Of a stretch of 64,000 nt of DNA, positions 24,201-36,128 are shown one piece after another. The notes under the pieces were generated by a model. It did not search any database, was not told where the DNA came from, and saw nothing but the letters and a program-made list of their open reading frames with translations. The number at the start of each line of letters is the position of its first letter. The first letter of the stretch is position 1. Location: positions 8,556,001-8,620,000 of the forward strand of contig OZ024759.1 of NCBI GenBank assembly GCA_964016885.1. Direction: 5' to 3'. The DNA is from Eledone cirrhosa. Its lineage: Eukaryota. A program made the position numbers and the translations under genes.

Positions 24201-27200
24201 ATAAGGGTGTGGTAGTTATAAGGTGTGGTAGTTTATAAGGTGTGGTAGTTTATAAGGTGTGGTAGTTTATAAGGTGTGTGGTAGTTTATAAGGTGTATGG
24301 TAGTTTATAAGGTGTTGGTAGTTTAAGGTGTGGTAGTTTATAAGGTGTGTGGTAGTTTATAAGGTGTGTGGTAGTTTATAAGGTTGTGGTAGTTTATAAG
24401 GTGTGTGGTAGTTTATAAGGTGTGGTAGTTTATAAAGTGTGTGGTAGTTTATAAGGTGTGTGGTAGTTTATAAGGGGTGTGGTAGTTTATAAGGTGTGTG
24501 GTAGTTTATAAGGTGTGGTAGTTTATAAGGTGTGTGGTAGTTTATAAGGTGTGTGGTAGTTTATAAGGTGTGTGGTAGTTTATAAGGTGTGTGGTAGTTT
24601 ATAAGGGGTGGTAGTTTATAAGGTGTGTGGTAGTTTATAAGGTGTGTGGTAGTTTATAAGGTGTGTGGTAGTTTATAAGGTGTGGTAGTTTATAAGGTGT
24701 GTGGTAGTTTATAAGGTGTATGGTAGTTTATAAGGTGTGTGGTAGTTTATAAGGTGTGGTAGTTTATAAGGTGTGGTAGTTTATAAGGTGTGTGGTAGTT
24801 TATAAGGTGTGTGGTAGTTTATAAGGTGTGGTAGTTTATAAGGTGTGTGGTAGTTTATAAGGTGTGTGGTAGTTTATAAGGTGTGTGGTAGTTTATAAGG
24901 TGTGGTAGTTTATAAGGTGTGTGGTAGTTTATAAGGTGTGTGGTAGTTTATAAGGTGTGGTAGTTTATAAGGTGTGTGGTAGTTTATAAGGTGTGTGGTA
25001 GTTTATAAGGTGTGGTAGTTTATAAGGTGTGTGGTAGTTTATAAGGTGTATGGTAGTTTATAAGGTGTGTGGTAGTTTATAAGGTGTGGTAGTTTATAAG
25101 GTGTGGTAGTTTATAAGGTGTGGTAGTTTATAAGGTGTGTGGTAGTTTATAAGGTGTGTGGTAGTTTATAAGGTGTGTGGTAGTTTATAAGGTGTGGTAG
25201 TTTATAAGGTGTGTGGTAGTTTATAAGGTGTATGGTAGTTTATAAGGTGTGGTAGTTTATAAGGTGTGTGGTAGTTTATAAGGTGTATGGTAGTTTATAA
25301 GGTGTGGTAGTTTATAAGGTGTGTGGTAGTTTATAAGGTGTGTGGTAGTTTATAAGGTGTGTGGTAGTTTATAAGGTGTGTGGTAGTTTATAAGGTGTAT
25401 GGTAGTTTATAAGGTGTGGTAGTTTATAAGGTGTGTGGTAGTTTATAAGGTGTGGTAGTTTATAAGGTGTGGTAGTTTATAAGGTGTGTGGTAGTTTATA
25501 AGGTGTGTGGTAGTTTATAAGGTGTGGTAGTTTATAAGGTGTGTGGTAGTTTATAAGGTGTGGTAGTTTATAAGGTGTGTGGTAGTTTATAAGGTGTGTG
25601 GTAGTTTATAAGGTGTGTGGTAGTTTATAAGGTGTGTGGTAGTTTATAAGGTGTGTGGTAGTTTATAAGGTGTATGGTAGTTTATAAGGTGTGGTAGTTT
25701 ATAAGGTGTGTGGTAGTTTATAAGGTGTGTGGTAGTTTATAAGGTGTATGGTAGTTTATAAGGTGTGTGGTAGTTTATAAGGTGTGTGGTAGTTTATAAG
25801 GTGTGTGGTAGTTTATAAGGTGTGTGGTAGTTTATAAGGTGTGGTAGTTTATAAGGTGTATGGTAGTTTATAAGGTGTGGTAGTTTATAAGGTGTGTGGT
25901 AGTTTATAAGGTGTGTGGTAGTTTATAAGGTGTGTGGTAGTTTATAAGGTGTGTGGTAGTTTATAAGGTGTGTGGTAGTTTATAAGGTGTGTGGTAGTTT
26001 ATAAGGTGTGTGGTAGTTTATAAGGTGTGGGTAGTTTATAAGGTGTGTGGTAGTTTATAAGGTGTGTGGTAGTTTATAAGGTGTGTGGTAGTTTATAAGG
26101 TGTGTGGTAGTTTATAAGGTGTGGGGTAGTTTATAAGGTGTGTGGTAGTTTATAAGGTGTGTGGTAGTTTATAAGGTCTGTGGTAGTTTATAAGGTGTGT
26201 GGTAGTTTATAAGGTGTGTGGTAGTTTATAAGGGGTGTGGTAGTTTATAAGGTCTGTGGTAGTTTATAAGGTGTGGTAGTTTATAAGGTGTGGTAGTTTA
26301 TAAGGTGTGGTAGTTTATAAGGTGTGTGGTAGTATATAAGGTGTGTGGTAGTTTATAAGGTGTGTGGTAGTTTATAAGGGTGTGGTAGTTTATAAGGTGT
26401 ATGGTAGTTTATAAGGTGTGTGGTAGTTTATAAGGTGTGTGGTAGTTTATAAGGTCTGTGGTAGTTTATAAGGTGTGGTAGTTTATAAGGTGTGGTAGTT
26501 TATAAGGTGTGGTAGTTTATAAGGTGTGGTAGTTTATAAGGTGTGGTAGTTTATAAGGTGTGGTAGTTTATAAGGTGTGGTAGTTTATAAGGTGTGGTAG
26601 TATATAAGGTGTGTGGTAGTTTATAAGGTGTGTGATAGTTTATAAGGTGTGTGGTAGTTTATAAGGGGTGGTAGTTTATAAGGTGTATGGTAGTTTATAA
26701 GGTCTGTGGTAGTTTATAAGGTGTGTGGTAGTTTATAAGGTGTGTGGTAGTTTATAAGGGGTGTGGTAGTTTATAAGGTCTGTGGTAGTTTATAAGGTGT
26801 GGTAGTTTATAAGGTGTGGTAGTTTATAAGGTGTGGTAGTTTATAAGGTGTGGTAGTTTATAAGGTGTGGTAGTTTATAAGGTGTGTGGTAGTTTATAAG
26901 GTGTGTGGTAGTATATAAGGTGTGTGGTAGTTTATAAGGTGTGTGGTAGTTTATAAGGTGTGGTAGTTTATAAGGTGTGTGGTAGTTTATAAGGTGTGTG
27001 GTAGTATATAAGGTGTGTGGTAGTTTATAAGGTGTGTGGTAGTTTATAAGGTGTGGTAGTTTATAAGGTGTAGTTTATAAGGTGTGGTAGTTTATAAGGT
27101 GTGGTAGTTTATAAGGTGTGTGGTAGTTTATAAGGGGTGTGGTAGTTTATAAGGTGTGGTAGTTTATAAGGTGTGGTAGTTTATAAGGTGTGTGATAGTT

Positions 27201-30200
27201 TATAAGGTGTGTGGTAGTTTATAAGGGGTGTGGTAGTTTATAAGGTGTGGTAGTTTATAAGAGTTTATAAGGTGTGGTAGTTTATAAGGTCTGTGGTAGT
27301 TTATAAGGTGTGTGGTAGTTTATAAGGGGTGTGGTAGTTTATAAGGTGTGTGGTAGTTTATAAGGGGTGTGGTAGTTTATAAGGTGTGGTAGTTTATAAG
27401 GTCTGTGGTAGTTTATAAGGTGTGTGGTAGTTTATAAGGTCTGTGGTAGTTTATAAGGTGTGGTAGTTTATAAGGTGTGTGGTAGTTTATAAGGTGTGTG
27501 GTAGTTTATAAGGTCTGTGGTAGTTTATAAGGTGTGGTAGTTTATAAGGTGTGTGGTAGTTTATAAGGTGTGTGGTAGTTTATAAGGTCTGTGGTAGTTT
27601 ATAAGGGGTGTGGTAGTTTATAAGGTGTATGGTAGTTTATAAGGTGTGTGGTAGTTTATAAGGTGTGTGGTAGTTTATAAGGTGTGTGGTAGTTTATAAG
27701 GTCTGTGGTAGTTTATAAGGTGTGGTAGTTTATAAGGTGTGTGGTAGTTTATAAGGTCTGTGGTAGTTTATAAGGTGTGGTAGTTTATAAGGTGTGTGGT
27801 AGTTTATAAGGTGTGTGGTAGTTTATAAGGTCTGTGGTAGTTTATAAGGGGTGTGGTAGTTTATAAGGTGTATGGTAGTTTATAAGGTGTGTGGTAGTTT
27901 ATAAGGTGTGGTAGTTTATAAGGTCTGTGGTAGTTTATAAGGTGTGTGGTAGTTTATAAGGTGTGTGGTAGTTTATAAGGTGTGGTAGTTTATAAGGTGT
28001 GTGGTAGTTTATAAGGTTTGTGGTAGTTTATAAGGTGTGTGGTAGTTTATAAGGTGTGTGGTAGTTTATAAGGTGTGGTAGTTTATAAGGTGTGTGGTAG
28101 TTTATAAGGTGTATGGTAGTTTATAAGGTGTGTGGTAGTTTATAAGGTGTGTGGTAGTTTATAAGGTGTGTGGTAGTTTATAAGGTGTGTGGTAGTTTAT
28201 AAGGTGTATGGTAGTTTATAAGGTGTATGGTAGTTTATAAGGTGTGGTAGTTTATAAGGTGTGGTAGTTTATAAGGTGTGGTAGTTTATAAGGTGTGTGG
28301 TAGTTTATAAGGTGTGGTAGTTTATAAGGTGTGTGGTAGTTTATAAGGTGTATGGTAGTTTATAAGGTGTGGTAGTTTATAAGGTGTATGGTAGTTTATA
28401 AGGTGTATGGTAGTTTATAAGGTGTGTGGTAGTTTATAAGGTGTGTGGTAGTTTATAAGGTGTATGGTAGTTTATAAGGTGTGTGGTAGTTTATAAGGTG
28501 TATGGTAGTTTATAAGGTGTGGTAGTTTATAAGGTGTGTGGTAGTTTATAAGGTGTGGTAGTTTATAAGGTGTGTGGTAGTTTATAAGGTGTGGTAGTTT
28601 ATAAGGTGTGTGGTAGTTTATAAGGTGTGGTAGTTTATAAGGTGTGTGGTAGTTTATAAGGTGTGGTAGTTTATAAGGTGTGTGGTAGTTTATAAGGTGT
28701 GTGGTAGTTTATAAGGTGTGTGGTAGTTTATAAGGTGTGTGGTAGTTTATAAGGTGTGTGGTAGTTTATAAGGTGTGTGGTAGTTTATAAGGTGTGTGGT
28801 AGTTTATAAGGTGTGTGGTAGTTTATAAGGTGTATGGTAGTTTATAAGGTGTGTGGTAGTTTATAAGGTGTGTGGTAGTTTATAAGGTGTGTGGTAGTTT
28901 ATAAGGTGTGTGGTAGTTTATAAGGTGTGTGGTAGTTTATAAGGTGTGTGGTAGTTTATAAGGTGTGTGGTAGTTTATAAGGTGTATGGTAGTTTATAAG
29001 GTGTGTGGTAGTTTATAAGGTGTATGGTAGTTTATAAGGTGTGTGGTAGTTTATAAGGTGTGTGGTAGTTTATAAGGTGTATGGTAGTTTATAAGGTGTG
29101 TGGTAGTTTATAAGGTGTGTGGTAGTTTATAAGGTGTGTGGTAGTTTATAAGGTGTATGGTAGTTTATAAGGTGTGTGGTAGTTTATAAGGTGTGGTAGT
29201 TTATAAGGTGTGTGGTAGTTTATAAGGTGTATGGTAGTTTATAAGGTGTGTGGTAGTTTATAAGGTGTGGTAGTTTATAAGGTATATGGTAGTTTATAAG
29301 GTGTGTGGTAGTTTATAAGGTGTATGGTAGTTTATAAGGTGTGTGGTAGTTTATAAGGTGTGGTAGTTTATAAGGTGTGTGGTAGTTTATAAGGTGTGTG
29401 GTAGTTTATAAGGTGTGGTAGTTTATAAGGTGTGTGGTAGTTTATAAGGTGTGTGGTAGTTTATAAGGTGTGTGGTAGTTTATAAGGTGTGTGGTAGTTT
29501 ATAAGGTGTATGGTAGTTTATAAGGGGTGTGGTAGTTTATAAGGTGTGTGGTAGTTTATAAGGTGTGTGGTAGTTTATAAGGTGTGTGGTAGTTTATAAG
29601 GTGTGTGGTAGTTTATAAGGTGTGTGGTAGTTTATAAGGTGTATGGTAGTTTATAAGGTGTGTGGTAGTTTATAAGGTGTATGGTAGTTTATAAGGGGTG
29701 TGGTAGTTTATAAGGTGTGTGGTAGTTTATAAGGTGTGTGGTAGTTTATAAGGTGTGTGGTAGTTTATAAGGTGTGTGGTAGTTTATAAGGTGTGTGGTA
29801 GTTTATAAGGTGTATGGTAGTTTATAAGGTGTATGGTAGTTTATAAGGGGTGTGGTAGTTTATAAGGTGTGTGGTAGTTTATAAGGTGTGTGGTAGTTTA
29901 TAAGGTGTGTGGTAGTTTATAAGGTGTGTGGTAGTTTATAAGGTGTATGGTAGTTTATAAGGTGTGTGGTAGTTTATAAGGTGTGTGGTAGTTTATAAGG
30001 TGTGTGGTAGTTTATAAGGTGTGTGGTAGTTTATAAGGTGTGTGGTAGTTTATAAGGTGTGTGGTAGTTTATAAGGTGTGTGGTAGTTTATAAGGTGTGT
30101 GGTAGTTTATAAGGTGTGTGGTAGTTTATAAGGTGTGTGGTAGTTTATAAGGTGTGTGGTAGTTTATAAGGTGTGTGGTAGTTTATAAGGTGTGTGGTAG

Positions 30201-31757
30201 TTTATAAGGTGTATGGTAGTTTATAAGGTGTATGGTAGTTTATAAGGGGTGTGGTAGTTTATAAGGTGTGTGGTAGTTTATAAGGTGTGTGGTAGTTTAT
30301 AAGGTGTGTGGTAGTTTATAAGGTGTGTGGTAGTTTATAAGGTGTGTGGTAGTTTATAAGGTGTGTGGTAGTTTATAAGGTGTGTGGTAGTTTATAAGGT
30401 GTGGTAGTTTATAAGGTGTGTGGTAGTTTATAAGGTGTATGGTAGTTTATAAGGTGTGTGGTAGTTTATAAGGTGTGTGGTAGTTTATAAGGTGTGTGGT
30501 AGTTTATAAGGTGTATGGTAGTTTATAAGGTGTGGTAGTTTATAAGGTGTATGGTAGTTTATAAGGTGTGTGGTAGTTTATAAGGTGTGTGGTAGTTTAT
30601 AAGGTGTGTGGTAGTTTATAAGGTGTATGGTAGTTTATAAGGTGTGTGGTAGTTTATAAGGTGTGTGGTAGTTTATAAGGTGTGTGGTAGTTTATAAGGT
30701 GTATGGTAGTTTATAAGGTGTGTGGTAGTTTATAAGGTGTGTGGTAGTTTATAAGGTGTATGGTAGTTTATAAGGTGTGTGGTAGTTTATAAGGTGTGTG
30801 GTAGTTTATAAGGTGTGTGGTAGTTTATAAGGTGTATGGTAGTTTATAAGGTGTGTGGTAGTTTATAAGGTGTATGGTAGTTTATAAGGTGGGGTAGTTT
30901 ATAAGGTGTGTGGTAGTTTATAAGGTGTATGGTAGTTTATAAGGTGTGTGGTAGTTTATAAGGTGTGTGGTAGTTTATAAGGTGTATGGTAGTTTATAAG
31001 GTGTGTGGTAGTTTATAAGGTGTGTGGTAGTTTATAAGGTGTATGGTAGTTTATAAGGTGTGTGGTAGTTTATAAGGTGTGTGGTAGTTTATAAGGTGTA
31101 TGGTAGTTTATAAGGTGTGTGGTAGTTTATAAGGTGTGTGGTAGTTTATAAGGTGTATGGTAGTTTATAAGGTGTGTGGTAGTTTATAAGGTGTGTGGTA
31201 GTTTATAAGGTGTGTGGTAGTTTATAAGGTGTGTGGTAGTTTATAAGGTGTGGTAGTTTATAAGGTGTGTGGTAGTTTATAAGGTGTGGTAGTTTATAAG
31301 GTGTGGTAGTTTATAAGGTGTGGTAGTTTATAAGGTGTGTGGTAGTTTATAAGGTGTGGTAGTTTATAAAGTGTGGTAGTTTATAAGGTGTGGTAGTTTA
31401 TAAGGTGTGTGGTAGTTTATAAGGTGTGGTAGTTTATAAAGTGTGGTAGTTTATAAGGTGTGGTAGTTTATAAGGTGTGTGGTAGTTTATAAGGTGTGGT
31501 AGTTTATAAGGTGTGTGGTAGTTTATAAGATGTGTGGTAGTTTATAAGGTGTGTGGTAGTTTATAAGGTGTGTGGTAGTTTATAAGGTGTGTGGTAGTTT
31601 ATAAGGTGTGTGGTAGTTTATAAGGTGTGTGGTAGTTTATAAGGTGTGGTAGTTTATAAGGTGTGGTAGTTTATAAGGTGTGGTAGTTTATAAGGTGTGT
31701 GGTAGTTTATAAGGTGTGTGGTAGTTTATAAGGTGTGGTAGTTTATAAGGTGTGCAG
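12280..31757 (+). repeat. Giant 17/19-bp satellite GTGGTAGTTTATAAGGT(GT), about 1000 units, with a 200-N gap at 16972-17171
   Basis: Directly visible; true length unknown because of the gap. Confidence 0.99.
16972..17171. other. Assembly gap (200 N)
   Basis: Run of N inside the satellite. Confidence 1.
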
Positions 31758-31911
31758 TGCTTTAAGTCAGAGTTGGTAGTTTTGACAGTATTTGTGGCTA
31801 ATGGACTGGTTTCATCTCACTTCTCAGTGTTTATGATCAGCCATATAACCCTTATGGTGTATATCATTTAACGTCCACTTTTCCTGTTAACATCGGCTGG
31901 ACAGACCTTCA

Positions 31912-32578
31912 TGGTCTGAGCCTGTACTGAAGTGGGGCCACTCACCTCCCAGACTGGGGGGGGTCTGAGCCTGTACTGAAGTGGGGCCACTCACCTCCCA
32001 GCCTGGGGGGGGTCTGAGCCTGTACTGAAGTGGGGCCACTCACCTCCCAGCCTGGGGGGGTCTGAGCCTGTACTGAAATGGGGCCACTCACCTCCCAGAC
32101 TGGGGGGTCTGAGCCTGTACTGAAGTGGAGCCACTCACCTCCCAGCCTGGGGGTTCTGAGCCTGTACTGAAATGGGGCCACTGACCTCCCAGACTGGGGG
32201 GTCTGAGCCTGTACTGAAGTGGGGCCACTCACCTCCCAGACTGGGGGGTCTGAGCCTGTACTGAAGTGGGGCCACTCACCTCCCAGACTGGGGGGTCTGA
32301 GCCTGTACTGAAGTGGGGCCACTCACCTCCCAGACTGGGGGGTCTGAGCCTGTACTGAAGTGGGGCCACTCACCTCCCAGACTGGGGGGTCTGAGCCTGT
32401 ACTGAAGTGGGGCCACTCACCTCCCAGCCTGGGGGTTCTGAGCCTGTACTGAAGTGGGGCCACTCACCTCCCAGCCTGGGGGTTCTGAGCCTGTACTGAA
32501 GTGGGGCCACTCACCTCCCAGCCTGGGGGGTTGAGCCTGTACTGAAGTGGGGCCACTGACCTCCCAGCCTGGGGGTCT
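31912..32578 (+). repeat. ~47-50-bp GC-rich minisatellite (~14 copies) TCTGAGCCTGTACTGAAGTGGGGCCACTCACCTCCCAG(A/C)CTGGGGGG
   Basis: Directly visible; G-run length varies. Confidence 0.95.
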
Positions 32579-32750
32579 CATCTCACATAGTTGTGTGTTC
32601 TGTCAAGTGTTTTACTATGGCACCAGCACTAAGGGGATTGTTATGGCTTTGACACAACTGAAGGGTCCTCCCAACCCTTTGTTTGGTAAGCACGCCATGG
32701 CTGGATGCCCTTCCTAACAACCACTTCACATGTACTGGGTGCTTTTATTA

Positions 32751-34006
32751 TAGATCACCAACACTGGGGAGGGTGTCATGTAGACCACCTACACTGGGGA
32801 GGGTGTCATGTATACCACCTACACTGGGGAGGGTGTCATGTATACCACCTACACTGGGGAGGGTGTCATGTATACCACCAACACTGGGGAGGGTGTCATG
32901 TAGATCACCAACACTGGGGAGGGTGTCATGTATACCACCAACACTGGGGAGGGTGTCATGTAGATCACCAACACTGGGGAGGGTGTCATGTATACCACCA
33001 ACACTGGGGAGGGTGTCATGTAGATCACCAACACTGGGGAGGGTGTCATGTATACCACCAACACTGGGGAGGGTGTCATGTAGATCACCAACACTGGGGA
33101 GGGTGTCATGTAGACCACCAACACTGGGGAGGGTGTCATGTAGATCACCAACACTGGGGAGGGTGTCATGTAGATCACCAACACTGGGGAGGGTGTCATG
33201 TATACCACCAACACTGGGGAGGGTGTCATGTAGATCACCAACACTGGGGAGGGTGTCATGTAGATCACCAACACTGGGGAGGGTGTCATGTAGATCACCT
33301 ACACTGGGGAGGGTGTCATGTATACCACCTACACTGGGGAGGGTGTCATGTATACCACCAACACTGGGGAGGGTGTCATGTATACCACCAACACTGGGGA
33401 GGGTGTCATGTATATCACCAACACTGGGGAGGGTGTCATGGTAATCACCAACACTAGGGAGGGTGTCATGTAGATCACCAATACTGGGGAGAGTGTCATG
33501 TATACCACCAACACTGGGGAGGGTGTCATGTATATCACCAACACTGGGGAGGGTGTCATGTAGACCACCAACACTGGGGAGGGTGTCATGTAGACCACCA
33601 ACACTGGGGAGGGTGTCATGTATACCACCAACACTGGGGAGGGTGTCATGTATACCACCAACACTGGGGAGGGTGTCATGTAGATTACCAACACTGGGGA
33701 GGGTGTCATGTAGATTACCAACACTGGGGAGGGTGTCATGTAGATCACCTACACTGGGGAGGGTGTCATGTAGATTACCAACACTGGGGAGGGTGTCATG
33801 TAGATTACCAACACTGGGGAGAGTGTCATGTATACCACCAACACTGGGGAGGGTGTCATGTAGATTACCAACACTGGGGAGGGTGTCATGTATACCACCA
33901 ACACTGGGGAGAGTCATGTAGATCACCAACACTGGGGAGAGTCATGTATACCACCAACACTGGGGAGGGTGTCAATGTATATCACCTACACTGGGGAGGG
34001 TGTCAC
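32751..34006 (+). repeat. 30-bp minisatellite (~42 copies) ACACTGGGGAGGGTGTCATGTA(GAT/TAC)CACCA
   Basis: Directly visible; 10-aa ORF periodicity. Confidence 0.97.
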
Positions 34007-34388
34007 ATATATATATATATATGATGTTATTCATTCCAACTCTCTGAGCTCCACTTTGCTATATACATACATATATATATACATACATATATATATACAC
34101 ACATATATATATACACACATATATATCATCATTTTACGTCCGCTGTATTGTCATGTCATTGACACAACTGAAGGGTCCTCCCAACCCTGTTTGGTAAGCT
34201 CTCCATGGCTGGATGCCCTTCTTATCACCAACCACTTCACATGTACTGGGTGCTTTTATTGTGTAATCACCAACACTGGGGAGGGTGTCATTTCCTCCCA
34301 GCCATTTGTTTTGTGTATATATATTATATATATATGGTGATGTTATTCATTCCAACTCTCTGAGCTCCACTTTGCTATATACATATAT

Positions 34389-34505
34389 ATCATCATTTTA
34401 TGTCCGCTTTTCCCTGCTTGCAAGGGTCCTATTCAGCACAGCATCTCTCCACTTGTCACGGTCCTTTGTCATCTCCTCGGTGATGTTATTCATTCCAACT
34501 CTTTG
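34389..34505 (-). mobile_element. 3' end of another RTE LINE subfamily whose terminus equals the SINE family A tail
   Basis: Minus strand translates MNNITEEMTKDRDKWRDAVLNRTLASREKRT*; ends CCCTTGCAAGCAGGGAAAAGCGGACATAAAATGATG. Confidence 0.7.
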
Positions 34506-34826
34506 CCTCTAATCAATAAATAAAATACCAATCCTACAGAGAAGTCGATTCTTCTATCTGGAAGAAATTGGCTGTGTTCGAACCTGGAGAAAGATGGTCT
34601 GGGCCAGGTTTAAAATACGCTGTGTGATGATGGCACCCTAACTACTCCCAAATATAGAGAAAGTCTGCAGTGCTGAGACCGAGAAGACTACAAATTATAG
34701 ATTGCTGAACTTATAGACCAAAATTGCTTGGCATCATGGTTGAGTTCATACCCCTCGCTCTCTATATATCTTTCCACGTTCCTTCATCAAATTCTCATAA
34801 TGTATGTCTTTGTAGTCATGAAAGGG

Positions 34827-35358
34827 TTAACCCTTTAACATTTAAACCAGCCAGAATTCTCTCACCTTTTTCTGTTCAAACCAGTTGTAACTGGCCACTC
34901 ATACTGATGTTGAGGTATTGTTCTCAGATTCAATATGTGAGGTAAAGCCTTTTACCACGAAAATACAATAGTATATATATATATAGAGGCACAGGGCTTA
35001 GTGGTTAGAGCATTGGCCTTGCAATCGAAAGGTTGTGATTTCAATTCTCTGACCGGGTGATGTGTTGTTTCCTTGAGCAAGACACTTTATTTCACATTGC
35101 TCCAGTTTACTCAGCTGTAGAAATGAGATGATAAGGACTGGGGTCCCTATCATTCCACTGCAAAGTGGTCGTGTAGGTGCCACGGCAAATAGCACCCAGC
35201 ACTCACTGTAAATGAGGTTGGTGTTAGGAAGGGCATCCAGCTGTAGAAATCAAGCCAGAATCAGTTCCCGTCCCACCCTTGCAAGCAGGGAAAAGCAGAC
35301 GTAAAATGAAATGATGATGATGATGATATATATAGTAATATAAATGCTGAAGGGTTAA
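34827..35358. mobile_element. piggyBac-like MITE containing a SINE
   Basis: TTAACCCTTTAACATTTA...TAAATGCTGAAGGGTTAA; ends about 35 nt before the last ZZZ3 exon. Confidence 0.75.
34986..35326 (+). mobile_element. CORE-type SINE family A copy inserted in a (TA)n tract inside a TTAA MITE
   Basis: Near-identical to 537-877; ATATATATAG on both sides. Confidence 0.85.
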
Positions 35359-35392
35359 AGAAAATTATTTTATATATTATTCTTTTTTGCAG

Positions 35393-35531
35393 TTCTTTTG
35401 ATCATCCTATCCATGAAGTTAGTCACAGATTAAAACCAGTGAACAGCAACCAAAGCTATGTCGATAATGATTATACAAAGTTCTCTGGAGACTATAACTA
35501 CTTAGATCCTAACTATATGCCTGCAAGTTGA
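35393..35531 (+). CDS. ZZZ3: ZZZ3 terminal coding exon
   Basis: TTTTTTGCAG acceptor, phase matches the previous exon. Translates SFDHPIHEVSHRLKPVNSNQSYVDNDYTKFSGDYNYLDPNYMPAS*, ending in the conserved YNYLDPNY.PA. Confidence 0.93.
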
Positions 35532-36089
35532 TAGTTTTATAAAAAATATGTTGAATTCATCAGAACCAATCTACCTTGGTGATATACAGATGGCTTATAT
35601 TTATCAAGACAATCATATAATTACATCTGAACTGCCAGTTGAGAAACTTTTATAAAGAATATTCTGGAACCTAAAGGCTATAGCCTGTAGTTGATACTGT
35701 TGGCATTTAGTGACAAAATATCTTTGGATTAGTGCTAATCCAGGCAGGACCACCCATTTGGGTTTTATTTTTAATTGGGGAAGGCAGGGCCGTGTTCATT
35801 CAAGACCCTTTTCAGGGTCTTCTGAGAGGGAGAGGAAGTTGTCTTCAAACTAGAAGCCTGGCCTGAATGAGTGTTTACAACATAACGGTAATGGAGTAAA
35901 TCACCCATGATGAGTCTGAAGGAAAAAAAATCTGTATTACATTCGGGCCAAGTCTCAGATTTGAGGGTAACTTTCTCCTACCTTTCCCATTGCTACTCAT
36001 GGAGGCCCTCAAAGGGGAGCATTGCCCTCCCTCGCTCCTTTCAATCGACAAAATGAAAAAGCAAACAAGAGAATTTATCAAATACAAAT

Positions 36090-36095
36090 TTTATT
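36090..36095 (-). promoter_or_regulatory. Probable OSTC polyadenylation signal AATAAA
   Basis: TTTATT on + strand about 15 nt after the OSTC stop codon. Confidence 0.5.
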
Positions 36096-36109
36096 GATTT
36101 CCAATTTCA

Positions 36110-36128
36110 TTAAGCCACCAAGTAACCC
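36110..36128 (-). CDS. OSTC: OSTC exon 4 (terminal)
   Basis: TTACAG acceptor; (P)GYLVA*. The four exons sum to 450 nt = 149 aa plus stop. Confidence 0.9.

Noticed and set aside
12280-31757. Telomeric repeat or interstitial telomere
   Set aside because: G/T-rich but not TTAGGG or TTAGG, and flanked by in-phase exons of one gene.
32683-33932. His/Cys-rich repeat proteins (HWGGCHVDHQ)n and similar
   Set aside because: 30-bp tandem repeat open in several frames on both strands; intronic.
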